64,000 nt of DNA from Nemertoderma westbladi (taxonomy: Eukaryota; Animalia; Xenacoelomorpha), in the NCBI GenBank assembly GCA_032718475.1, contig JAUCBJ010009154.1, positions 1-64,000 on the forward strand. Reading direction: 5' to 3'. The notes under the pieces are model-generated. The model was not told the DNA's origin, did not search any database, and saw nothing but the letters and a program-made list of their open reading frames with translations. The translations under genes and the position numbers were made by a program. Position 1 is the stretch's first letter. Every line of letters begins with the position of its first letter. Of this stretch, positions 13,701 to 24,117 are shown piece by piece.

Positions 13701-14235
13701 CTAAACAAAACTAAGCTAAATGATCCAACCTTCGAAAAGTCTACAAATTTATCCTTCGTTTAGAAGGTAATTTATCCTTCGAATAGTAGCATAAATTATC
13801 ATTCTAAACGCAGGATAAAAACTATAAATTCATCCACCCTTCGAAAAGTCTACAAATTTAGCCTTCATTTAGAAGGATAATTTATCCTTCGAATAGCAGC
13901 ATAAATTATCCTTCTAAACGAAGGATAAAAATTATCAATTCATCCACCCTTCGAAAAGTCTACAAATTTATCCTTCGTTTAGAAGGATAATTTATCCGGC
14001 GAATAGTAGGCATATTTATCCTTCTATTTGCCGGCTAAAAACTAGCTAAATCTGCAGAATCTTCGAATAGTCTTCGAATTTATCCTTCGTTTAGAAGGAT
14101 AATTTATCCTACGAATTGTAGACTGAATTATCAGACAATTTAGACGGCGAAAATGCTGATAATTTCGAAGAAAATTTATTTCGATCAAATTAGCAGCATA
14201 TTAGTAGCAATTTCGAAGGATGTGACTTTGCTGGG
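10767..14235. mobile_element. Non-autonomous CACTA/EnSpm (CMC)-type DNA transposon, ~3.5 kb
   Basis: Termini CCCAGCAAAGTCA / TGACTTTGCTGGG, 2-bp TSD CT, arrays of subterminal TTCGAA/atccttcg repeats in opposite orientation at ~10790-11105 and ~13720-14220; no transposase ORF. Confidence 0.8.
11756..12281. mobile_element. PIF/Harbinger-like MITE nested in the CACTA-type element
   Basis: TIR gggcgttcataaagtatgtcacgca / tgcgtgacatactttatcgaacacccc, flanked by TAG on both sides; internal poly-C tracts. Confidence 0.65.
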
Positions 14236-15699
14236 CTGGTATTCTTCACGCAATAGTAGCGCGCACTGCTGATTAATAGCAAAAATTAATATGTAACCTG
14301 TGCTATTGGCTCTTGTTTCGTTTTCAGTTAACTTCACTGTAACATGCTCATTTATCTTAACTTTACACCAGGATAATACACCACAGAGGGTCTAGTAAGA
14401 AAAGGTGTCGAACTATCTTCATACCAAATTTCGTAGCATTAAATTGGAATATGAAGAAAAAATAAGGGTGGGGGGGTGGGTGGTGGTCTCCGACTTGCTA
14501 GTAAAAGGTAGTTGTACTGTATATTGAGGGAATAAACGGTTAGCCAATCATAGGCGAGTATTCGGTGTGGTGTGGGTGTCATATAGTATCTGAGATAATA
14601 ATTAGGCTATTATTTAAACTGTTTAACTACTTGCTTTTTCAAAGAACTAACACGCAGTCTACTGTAGTACGGGGATCCGGAGTCGCAGTCCTTAACAAAT
14701 TCAATCATTTACAGGATTCAGACCCCCAACATTCAGCATTATTTATTTTACATTTTAGCATTATTTAATTAAAAAAATTTTAAAATTTCTAAAATTCTAA
14801 AAAAAATTAAACAATTAAAATTATGGTTTCTTCATTCAAAAATGAAGGTATTTGCTAACAGTGATTGTTTAAATTAAGCCCATGTATCATATTGCATAAT
14901 AAAGATATAAGTTAATTTAATGGTGAGTCTTTGGAAATAGCTACTGTAAAATATTTCGTTGGGGCATTGACATATGGTAATGTAATAATATATCAGTAGG
15001 GGGCGAGGGGGCTATCAATTCTATATATCGGCATGGTTTTAATAGTTCTTACTTACAGTATAGGGTCGCTTTTTTACTCTTTTAAAACACAAATTTTATG
15101 TTAAAACCTTTCATCAATCCTTTGTGTGCCTTCGCGAGTTGGGTGAAGATTAAATGGGGTTTGAAGGGGGGGAATTTTCCCCTCTTCCTTGATTTATTTG
15201 CGGTTTGGTTAAGTTAAGTTAAGTTCTTAAATACCGATTTTGCGATCGAATTGCTCAATTTTAATATATGTCTCATAACTGTGCCACGTGCGGCGCGAAG
15301 GCCAGGCCGGCCCCACTAAAGTGTTCTGCAGTATCTGGATAATACTCGCCTGTGATTATGGCTTGATTGATTGATTGACTGATTGATTTGTTTTCCAAAC
15401 TATAACATATTTAAAATCGAAAACATACAGTAGAAAACAGTGTAACGTATAAAATAATAATAATAATAATAATAATAAAATAAATTTGTATAGCGCCAAA
15501 TTTACAATAATTAAACAGTACGCTAAGGCGCTTAAGTCACTATCTAGAGATATTGGTACATAGCGATAAAGTACGATAAACGAATATAAGAAACTCAATT
15601 AATGCACCAAGTACAGACAAATTAGTGATAAAGTAAAATATTTTGGATATTAAAACGGACAAGTAAGCGATATGTAAAATATATGATAAATATATGTCA

Positions 15700-16116
15700 T
15701 AAAAAATATGTAAAATATTTATAGCATTAAAATAAAACCGGCAAATTTTGATAATGTTACACAATTGGGGCATTAAAAACAGGCAGATATGTGACACGAA
15801 AACGATCAGCATAAGTTCAGTGATACAATTACAAATACTTAAATTAATTACTACAAATTGACAATGCAGTTTGTAATTTTATTGCGTGGCGAAAAGTATC
15901 AAAATAGACAAATTCGTGATCAACTAATATAAGCAAAATAATTAATTAGGGATTTAAAACGGACAATTAAGTGACAAACGAATATTATGTAAAATATTTA
16001 GAGCATTAAAACCGGCAAATTTGGATAACGTTACACAATTGGGGCATTAAAAAACAGGCAGATATGTGACACGACAACGATCAACATAAAGTTCAGTAAT
16101 ACAATTACGAATACTT
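15700..16116. repeat. Local direct duplication (~130 bp conserved, ~280 bp period); an L2/SINE-like 3' tail lies on the minus strand at ~15455-15540
   Basis: atgtaaaatattta.agcattaaaa...ccggcaaatt...ggggcattaaaaacaggcagatatgtgacacga occurs twice; the minus strand reads gcgctatacaaat...(tta)n. Confidence 0.55.
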
Positions 16117-16775
16117 CAATAAATAAAACGGTTCAATCAACAGTTCAGTTCAAATTTTCAATATAAGTAGAATTAATTAGAGCTTGTTAAAATACATGGT
16201 TAAAAGAAAAAAGTTTGTACGATATACAATGCAGTATACATACCAACATTATTAGAGCATTAAAAGACAGTTCAATGAAGCAAATTAGATAATATAATTA
16301 AATTAAATACTAGAGGTATTCGAAACTAATTATGCGTATGCCATGGAGAAAAGGTATGTTTTGAGAATAGAAATACTGTATATACAGGAAGTAAAGGTGG
16401 CGTTAAACTGAAAGCAATTTAACCACCAAAGTAACCGCCTTCCAGCATTCTTTTTCGCCTGTGTCTGTGAAACACGGTATGGTGGGGTAGGCCTATTTAT
16501 TACAGCACTGGTGTTATTCGTAAGCCTGCAATACATTGCAGCATTGTATGGTGTACATTGTGCAGTACTGCAGTACCGTCAGACCGTACCGGTACCTTAC
16601 TAACCTCAATCTGCTACAGTGCTAACTCTGTAACTGCAGAACTGTAGTAATTGTCAGGCTGTTGGATATTGGCATATTGGCTGGATAAACAATCATACAA
16701 TTAATTACAAGAAGCACAGCAGCACAGAGACTGCAGACTGAAACTACTACTGTCTGACTGTAGAAAACAAACACC

Positions 16776-18623
16776 ATGGAATTGAAGTATTTCTGGATAA
16801 ACTCACTTTTAATGTTTGGTTTATTAAATGTTATGTTCAGGCCAAACATCAATCTAGATGTTAATTTCCCTTTAAAAACTGTACCGCGACTGACATGGGA
16901 TTGGGAATTTGAACACCCTTACTACTTCAACCCGCTACTCTATAAATCCGGAATGAATCCTGCTGATTACTACGGTTATAATTCAGAGCTATTCTCCCTT
17001 GCCGGTATGTGGTATCGACACGAGTCGCTCTGGCAACCCCCCTCTATATCGGTGGTCCCCGTTGTTGCGGAACCACGTCTCTACCAATCAGCCGGTTCCC
17101 CGACCCCCGATTGTCGCTCCGATACCTCGGAGGAAGATCAACGATTCATCGACCTGTTCTACGACGACGGGTTCGGTAAGTCTGAGGTTCTCCTCGATAT
17201 AATCGGCGACTACGGGGTCAGAGTCGACACCGAATTCTTCGACTCGAACTCAACCAACCAGAACGCATCCCTCCGAAAATCACCGCCTTTTGATTGGTTG
17301 AAATATTTAGACGAACCCTCCCTTTTTACTGACGAGGACTTCGCCTATGGAATTGAACCGGAATCCCCTGATGTTTTATTCACTAACGGCTCTTTCCCCG
17401 CTCCTGACCTGGGTGTGCCATGTAGCGATCTACAATCACATGTTACCCCGTTGCTAAGCAACCTAACGGCATGTATTCCCGACTACAATAATAACCGCTC
17501 CGCTTCTGGAATCTCTCAGGAGTTTATCCATTCGGAGGAATTTGATTTGGATAAATTTATTTTTCAGGATTTTCCTCTGAGCCCATGTCGGTCCGATAAT
17601 AGCAGTTTGTGGGAACAGGGATGTGTGAATGGTGATGGGGTCAGTCTGGTTAGCAATGGGGCTAGTCTGGTTAACAATGGGGTCAGTCTGGTTAGCAATG
17701 GGGCCAGTCTGGTTAGCAATGGGGTCAGTCTGGTTAGCAATGGGGCCAGTCTGGTTAGCAATGGGGTCAGTCTGGTTAACAATGGGGCCAGTCTGGTTAG
17801 CAATGGGGCCAGTCTGATTAGCAATGAGGCCAGTCTGATTAGCAATGGGGCCAGTCTGGTTAGCAATGGGGGTCTGGTTAGCAATGGGGGTCTGGTTAGC
17901 AATGAGGCCAGTCTGGTTAGCAATGGGGCCAGTCTGGTTAGCAATGAGGCCAGTCTGATTAGCAATGAGGCCAGTCTGATTAGCAATGGGGACAGTCTGG
18001 TTAGCAATGGGGACAGTCTGGTTACTAGAGTTGTAACTTTCCGCTCCCCATTACTTTCCAGTGGCTCTTCTACATTCACTGAAACCGATCGAATTATTCC
18101 AACAAACTCTTTCTACATCCCCCAGCACTCCGATCACGTCACAGAGGGACCTGTTTACGTTACAGAGGAAGACGATTACGTCACTGAGGAACACTTACAA
18201 CATTCTGTGCTCTCGGCAGAGAGTTCATCCCCCCAACCAACGTCTCCCCCTGGCGCGGTAGATATTTTGGTGGATAAATTCCCCGTCTATCACAATCACA
18301 CCTACATGGCAGTGAGAGGGAATACAACATCATTCTTATCGTCCACGATCCCTTCGACTAGTACATCGGGTTCTGGGAGTTTCTCCAAGCGAGTTAAACG
18401 GGAGCGTAACAAACTCGCGGCTCAGAGGTGCAGACAACGTAAACGGGAGGTTGGCAAGGAGTTGCGAACCAATCTATCGAAGTTGCAACGACGCCTGAAT
18501 GAGTTGATAGCGAGACGGAATCTATTGGAAGACAAACTCAATGGGAAACGGATAACCTACCTGGAACTCATAGCAAAACTCGGTCTGAAACTCATTATAA
18601 CTGAAAATAAACCTAAACCGTGA
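16776..18623 (+). CDS. NFE2L1/Nrf1-like (CNC-family-derived) membrane-anchored bZIP transcription factor, intronless, 615 aa
   Basis: N-terminal hydrophobic MELKYFWINSLLMFGLL (NHB1-like), WYRH (NHB2 WLVH-like), TSEEDQRFIDLFYDDGFG (Neh2L DLIDILW-like), acidic and N-sequon-rich middle, HNHTY motif, basic region RERNKLAAQRCRQRK plus leucine heptads. Confidence 0.8.
   Translation: MELKYFWINSLLMFGLLNVMFRPNINLDVNFPLKTVPRLTWDWEFEHPYYFNPLLYKSGMNPADYYGYNSELFSLAGMWYRHESLWQPPSISVVPVVAEPRLYQSAGSPTPDCRSDTSEEDQRFIDLFYDDGFGKSEVLLDIIGDYGVRVDTEFFDSNSTNQNASLRKSPPFDWLKYLDEPSLFTDEDFAYGIEPESPDVLFTNGSFPAPDLGVPCSDLQSHVTPLLSNLTACIPDYNNNRSASGISQEFIHSEEFDLDKFIFQDFPLSPCRSDNSSLWEQGCVNGDGVSLVSNGASLVNNGVSLVSNGASLVSNGVSLVSNGASLVSNGVSLVNNGASLVSNGASLISNEASLISNGASLVSNGGLVSNGGLVSNEASLVSNGASLVSNEASLISNEASLISNGDSLVSNGDSLVTRVVTFRSPLLSSGSSTFTETDRIIPTNSFYIPQHSDHVTEGPVYVTEEDDYVTEEHLQHSVLSAESSSPQPTSPPGAVDILVDKFPVYHNHTYMAVRGNTTSFLSSTIPSTSTSGSGSFSKRVKRERNKLAAQRCRQRKREVGKELRTNLSKLQRRLNELIARRNLLEDKLNGKRITYLELIAKLGLKLIITENKPKP
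17636..18024 (+). repeat. In-frame 21-bp coding minisatellite (~18 units, encodes ASLVSNG-type heptads)
   Basis: ggggccagtctggttagcaat tandem units with two 18-bp variants; frame preserved throughout. Confidence 0.95.
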
Positions 18624-18831
18624 AATAAACACGAATTTGTTCATACCAATTATAATGCATATTCTCTCTCACATATCTGTCAAACCTTCCCATGTTTGTT
18701 TCCGTAGAGTAATCTCGTCGATAAATCTATACCATGTCCTGGAATAAGGTGTCGTGTCCCCCCCCCCCCCCCCCCCCCCCTCATTAGTTTAGTTTTAGCT
18801 AATTACCATCAACTGCCCCATCCACCTCCCT

Positions 18832-18932
18832 ACAGATCGCTACACTAATTAATACACATTGATTTGTTAACAGATCGCTACACTAATTAATACACATTGA
18901 TTTGTTAACAGATCGCTACACTAATTAATACA
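18832..18932. repeat. 39-bp tandem repeat, ~2.5 copies
   Basis: acagatcgctacactaattaatacacattgatttgtta-type unit repeated. Confidence 0.8.
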
Positions 18933-20343
18933 ACTGATACCTCTATATTCTAGGACATGGTATTGGATAATAAGTACTGTAATAATGAGAGATTGTTTTA
19001 TCATCATTTGCAGTTTTTGTAATTACTTATGTTCACTATTTATTTTTGTATATCATCACGTATTCGGTATTTATAACAATATGTGCGCATCTATTTTCAG
19101 AGCAGTGATAACTAACTTTAATCGTTTGGCTATAAGAAGACATCCTCCGTTGGTACTTTTTACGCATAATATGGGAGTTGGTCATAATGTATTTTAATAG
19201 CCAATATCACTAATCATTTGTTCGTGACAACACAGTGTTTGGAACACTATGATTTGAATCACAAGGGGAGGTGGGGGGGCGATTGGTCGAGAAGAAAAGA
19301 ATAAAAATAAAAAAGAAAGAGAAAGAGAAAGGGAAAGGGAAAGGGAAAGTGGCTCAATAGGTAAATTAATAACTTAACTATTTTCTAAATCGACTGTTAG
19401 TATTTGTTATTTGAATAAATATTGAGACAGATTGATTCTCTGGTACTATTGGATGTTTTCCCATTCCCATGAAGTAGATGAAACTTTTTCACTTGTTTAT
19501 ACTGCAGCAGATCTACACTATTAAAATATTAAAAGGCGAGCGTAGCGAGCAAATAAATTTTGCAGAAATATTAAGATTAATACAGTATTAGTCAGATAGT
19601 GGGTAAACCGACAGTGTTTAAATACAGATGTGATTAGCGAGCAAGAAAATTTATAACATTTATAGTAGGGCAACCAACTGTTTTTAAATACAGGATGTGA
19701 TTATGGATTAAATTAAGACAATAAGAGCGTAGCGAGCATGAGAATGTGGTTTTATATCTGTATATTGGTTTGAACAATTGAAACAACTCATGTAGGTTAA
19801 TAATAAACAGATACAGTAGCCTAATAAGGAAATTGAAATAATGGATAGGAGTAGGATATAATTATAAACGCGAGCGAAATTGTTAACTCTTTTTAAACAT
19901 ACTGATAACATTTCAATTAGAGTGGATATGTTGCCTGAACCTTTCAAAAAAATCATATTGTCGTAATTGGGATAACGGGTTGTACTTCTTATTATATACT
20001 GGTTCACGCCTGTTACCAATTTCTATGTCAAACTGAACACGCCACATGTTAATGTTAAATATTACAGTTGGCTATATTACATGGTGTGTTAACACGTGCT
20101 TCTGCTAATAGCCTAAACAGAGGTTTTACCTCTGTTAAGGAAAATGTTCTCAGTTAGTTCACAGAGAACTAACAGTGAACGTAAAACTCACCCTTTAACA
20201 GTGACTTATCAGACAGAGAACTAACATTGCCAATAACTCACCGACTAAAATTATCAGCGAACAAATCTTCTCTGTTAGCTTAACAGAGGCAATTGCTCAT
20301 CGCCCCTGGACTGCAGGACCTAACGTATACAGACAGACAGCTG

Positions 20344-20782
20344 GTACGTACTAAAAGGTAGAACGATCTATACTGCTATAACGGGCTATAACGATCTATA
20401 ACGGGCTAGAACTTCCTATAACAAGCTATAACCACCTATAACGAGCTATATGAAAATTTACAATAAAAAAACTCAGCTTCTGGTCGATATAGAATACATG
20501 AATATAGTGAGCAATATGGGCCAATAAAAAAAACTTATCAGTAGCCCTATCAATTAGGCATAGGCAGATAGGCCTACCTTAATTTTTAACCTGCGGTATT
20601 TTTCAGACCACCGTGATAATCCAAAAGTTAAACACACCCAAGGGGCGTTTTTCTAATGTAAATTTTCATATTATAGCTCGTTATAGGTGGTTATAGCTTG
20701 TTTATAGGAAGTTATACAGTTATAGCATAGCCCGTTATAGATCGTTAATAGCCCGTTATAGATCGTTCTACCTTAGTACGTA
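20344..20782. mobile_element. MITE with ~120-bp TIRs built from ctataac subrepeats
   Basis: gtacgtactaa..ggtagaacgatctata...gagctatatgaaaatttaca is inverted at tgtaaattttcatat...tatagatcgttctaccttagtacgtac. Confidence 0.8.
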
Positions 20783-21421
20783 CCCAGACAGCCAGACAGC
20801 TGTCAGCTGTATACAGGAATAGCGTAAGGTATAATAGGATTACTGCCTACCGCTTTGGACCTAACCCATAACCGGTACTGCGGTATGCCTACTGAAAAAC
20901 CGAGCAGTGTTTGTCATTGTCAGTACCGGTAGTCAGTTTGTTACATACTGCTGTACTGACATACAGTGATACACCAAGCAGCCAAGGACTACTATACTAC
21001 AGGACTGGCACACTGCCTGATCCGACTTCGCTAGCGAAGTCCATTAATTTCATACTGCTGTAAGCTGTACTACCTGAATAGCCTACTACTGTACTACCGT
21101 AGAATGATTAGTTATAGCTGTATTATAGTCCTACCGCTACCTCTGGTATATGGGAATAGTACAGTTAGAAAGTCAGATAGTCTAGTCTAGTTACAGTACA
21201 TTCAACTGGACGGCTGTATGGCCCTACCCTGGTACAGTGGTAGCCCGTACTCGTATGATGCTACCGGTACGGTACCGCGACCGTTCCGGTACAGGTAGGC
21301 CTAGGTGGTACCATTTGGTAGTAATTAAATCAATTACTATAGTACTATAGGTAGGTATTTAAGGTGCCGTATTACATACATTAGGCTAAACTACCAACAG
21401 AACAAGTTATTTATTATTATT

Positions 21422-21796
21422 ATGCCTAATTATTGTTGCGTATTTGGCTGCGACGGCAATTACGCAGGAAATCCCGTTCGTGTAGTGAAACTTCCTCCTG
21501 TCGATGCCGAACGAGATCAGTGGATCGCCGCGCTACCACGATGCAGTGCAGATGACGGCTCTCTGTTTAAGTATGGAAGCACTGCCGTCATTTGTATTCA
21601 ACAGTGGCCAGAGTTTTCCAAGGGAATTCCGCACAAGAAAGTCCCTGGCGGTTCCTTGCGACCAACAATATTCCGTTATACTTCCCTGGACTTCCCTTAT
21701 CGTGAGTTCCGCCGCGACCCCCCACTCCACGAGACATCCCTCCCATTGAGGAACGCCAACTTCAGTTACTCAATGAGTGCATGGAGTGAGATTTAA
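21422..21796 (+). pseudogene. THAP zinc-finger N-terminus of a decayed P-type transposase
   Basis: MPNYCCVFGC...LPP...RDQWI...ICIQQW...LRPTIF follows the THAP pattern; the zinc-ligand His appears replaced by Gln and downstream frames are broken. Confidence 0.8.
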
Positions 21797-22802
21797 TTGG
21801 GGGCTTTTTGCAGCTGACTGAACCTGCCTGCCTGTTGTTTCTACGTGGCTAAAGGGAATTGCAGGATACGGTCGCGTACTGACATTTTTGTGAAACTATC
21901 GCAGTTCCAAGTATTGCTCTTCTTTTTCCATAACGAAGTATACAGTATATTGGACAGGTTTCACTTTCATCAAAGAGTCAACTTTCCTCGGACATGTTTG
22001 TATCAGCCGATCGGCGGTTGATCAGCTGGGTTGCAGCTTGGGGTTTTCGCATTGCCTCGCTCGTAATAGCCAACTAATACGTTGGTCTCAGTTGGAAGAA
22101 GTCATTGCAGTCGTGAAACGTAATGTTGGTACTACGACATCGCTACTTACGAAAGCTAAGGAGTACGTTAATGCCGCGATTGATCTTGAGTCATCCAAAT
22201 ATAAGTCTCAGCTTGAGTTTATACTTTAGACTTTGTTCTATTAGACGATATCCCATCCACTTTGAAAGCACCTGAACATCCGAAAGTATGTCCTAATAAC
22301 AACGGAAATGCTGAGAAAAATTGAACAGCTAGTGGATATTGAAGTCAGTTATGATGAGTTTCAGGCAGCTGGATACGTCGCAGGATTCCTGGTAAAGGTA
22401 ATCCCAGAGTTAGACATCACAGGTGATATTTAAGAGGAGGATAATATATTTACCCAAGCCCTAACTCGTGGTGGATTACAACTTACTCCGCATCACCTGG
22501 TATGGTGGACCAGGACCATGGCGTCTGCTGCATGGGTGGATGCTGTACATGATGGAACTATACCTATACGGTACTACAAACAACTAACTCAAGTAATACA
22601 CATTATTGCGGTCTATTACGGTATATCCCAACTGCCACCAATAGCTGCTTGCTGTACCCTAGCAAACACCCTTCTTAATGGAGTACAAAAGCGATCTATG
22701 GAAAGGCAGAAACGGCGCGACTCACATTCTGGTGATAAGGCAGCACAAACTAAATTCCTCCGAATAACGGGAAGGGGACAAAATAAGGGGGGGGAAACTG
22801 GA

Positions 22803-22990
22803 CGCAATAAAAATTCATCCCTCTCCAGGGGAAATTCGACGCAAATAACAGCTGATTACTCTCAAAAATAAAACTGTAACCTGTTATATTATGTTTAGTT
22901 TATTGTTTTGTTTAAAATAACGTGCCACTGTAACCTGCTCCTTTCCCTAAATTGAGAATTTAACATTGAGGCGGGATATTGATTCGCCTA
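22803..22990. repeat. Dispersed repeat, second copy at ~55585-55770
   Basis: cgcaataaaaattcatccctc...ggggaaattcgacgcaaataacagctgattactctcaaa...acattgaggcgggatattgattcgcc is near-identical in both copies. Confidence 0.85.
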
Positions 22991-24117
22991 GTTTCCCCAG
23001 GGGTGGGGAATATTGGGTCGGCAATCGTAATAAATAATAAAGTAATAACATAAAGTACCTACTAGTAATATAAAGTAAGAACCTAATAATAATATAAAGT
23101 ACCTAATAATAATAGCCCTATAAAGTAATAATATCAGAATGGCGGTTGGGAGTGGGGGAGGGAGGGGGGGGGGGGGGGGGGGGGGGTGGTGGTGGTTACC
23201 TGGAACCTGGCTTGAGAACTGCTAGGATAGTAAATGACCAGAGATAAAGAATATATAGAGAGGTCCATGTATGTATATTGTATAGACAATTTACCGCTAG
23301 TTGAATCCGTTATCATCTGTGTCATGACATTACCCTGGGATAGGGATACTGTTCGTATCGTTTTTATGTCGCACAATGTACTAAACACGGTCGTTCAAGA
23401 CTATAAAGAATAGTTGGTACACTACACTCGTCTCCTTTGTTACAAGCCTCGCTGTGCTCGTCCTTTATTTCTTGACACCAAAATATATTATGTTATTAAT
23501 AATTACGATTGTGTACTAAATTTCATGAAAATCCTTTGATAACAATGTCTATAACAATATAAAGCAATACCAAACCAATGGACTTCGCTAGCGAAGTCGG
23601 ATGAAGGGGTGTGCCAGTCCTGTAGTATAGTAGTCCTTGTGATACACTGATACAGACTGACAGCTGGTCAGTGGTCAGACTGTCAGACATATACTGATAT
23701 ACAGATATATGATATAAAAACTATTGTAATTTAAAATTTAATACCGGTAGACCTATTTGCTATTACTGATTACAGTGCAGTATTATAACAGTACAGCAGT
23801 CAGGCAGTATAAAGCACGAAAACATAGACCTGTAATTAGACATAGATCTGCTAATAGATATAGACTGATAGATATAGATCTGTAATTACCGGTACAGCGG
23901 TAAGAATAATGAAATGATCTGGATAGTTCAGTAGTTGATTTATATACAGATTTATATTAAATTGAACTGTTGAAATTCTGAAATTGGCTGATTGCAGGAT
24001 TGGCTGTAGGGCCTATTGCAGAATATCAACATTTTTTAAGGTAAGGGAAAAATGCAAAAAGCCTGCGTGTAAAGTATCTCTGTTTGTCTGTACACGTTTG
24101 ACGTTATATTACTGCAT

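Larger units (their letters stand above)
20983..23639 (+). mobile_element. Internally deleted P-superfamily DNA transposon
   Basis: ~62-bp TIR starting CAAGGACTACTATACTACAGGACTGGCACAC (inverted at ~23577-23639); 8-bp TSD TGATACAC (20967-74 / 23640-47); THAP ORF at the 5' end and GYVAGFLVK / TRGGL remnants at ~22370-22480 like P-transposase C-termini. Confidence 0.85.

Noticed and set aside
10870-14220. TTCGAA-rich arrays as heat-shock elements for the flanking stress genes
   Set aside because: TTCGAA lacks the nTTCnnGAAn spacing of HSEs; the arrays are better explained as transposon subterminal repeats
17564-18079. Antisense 171-aa ORF (LLTRLAP repeats)
   Set aside because: Shadow of the coding minisatellite in the bZIP gene
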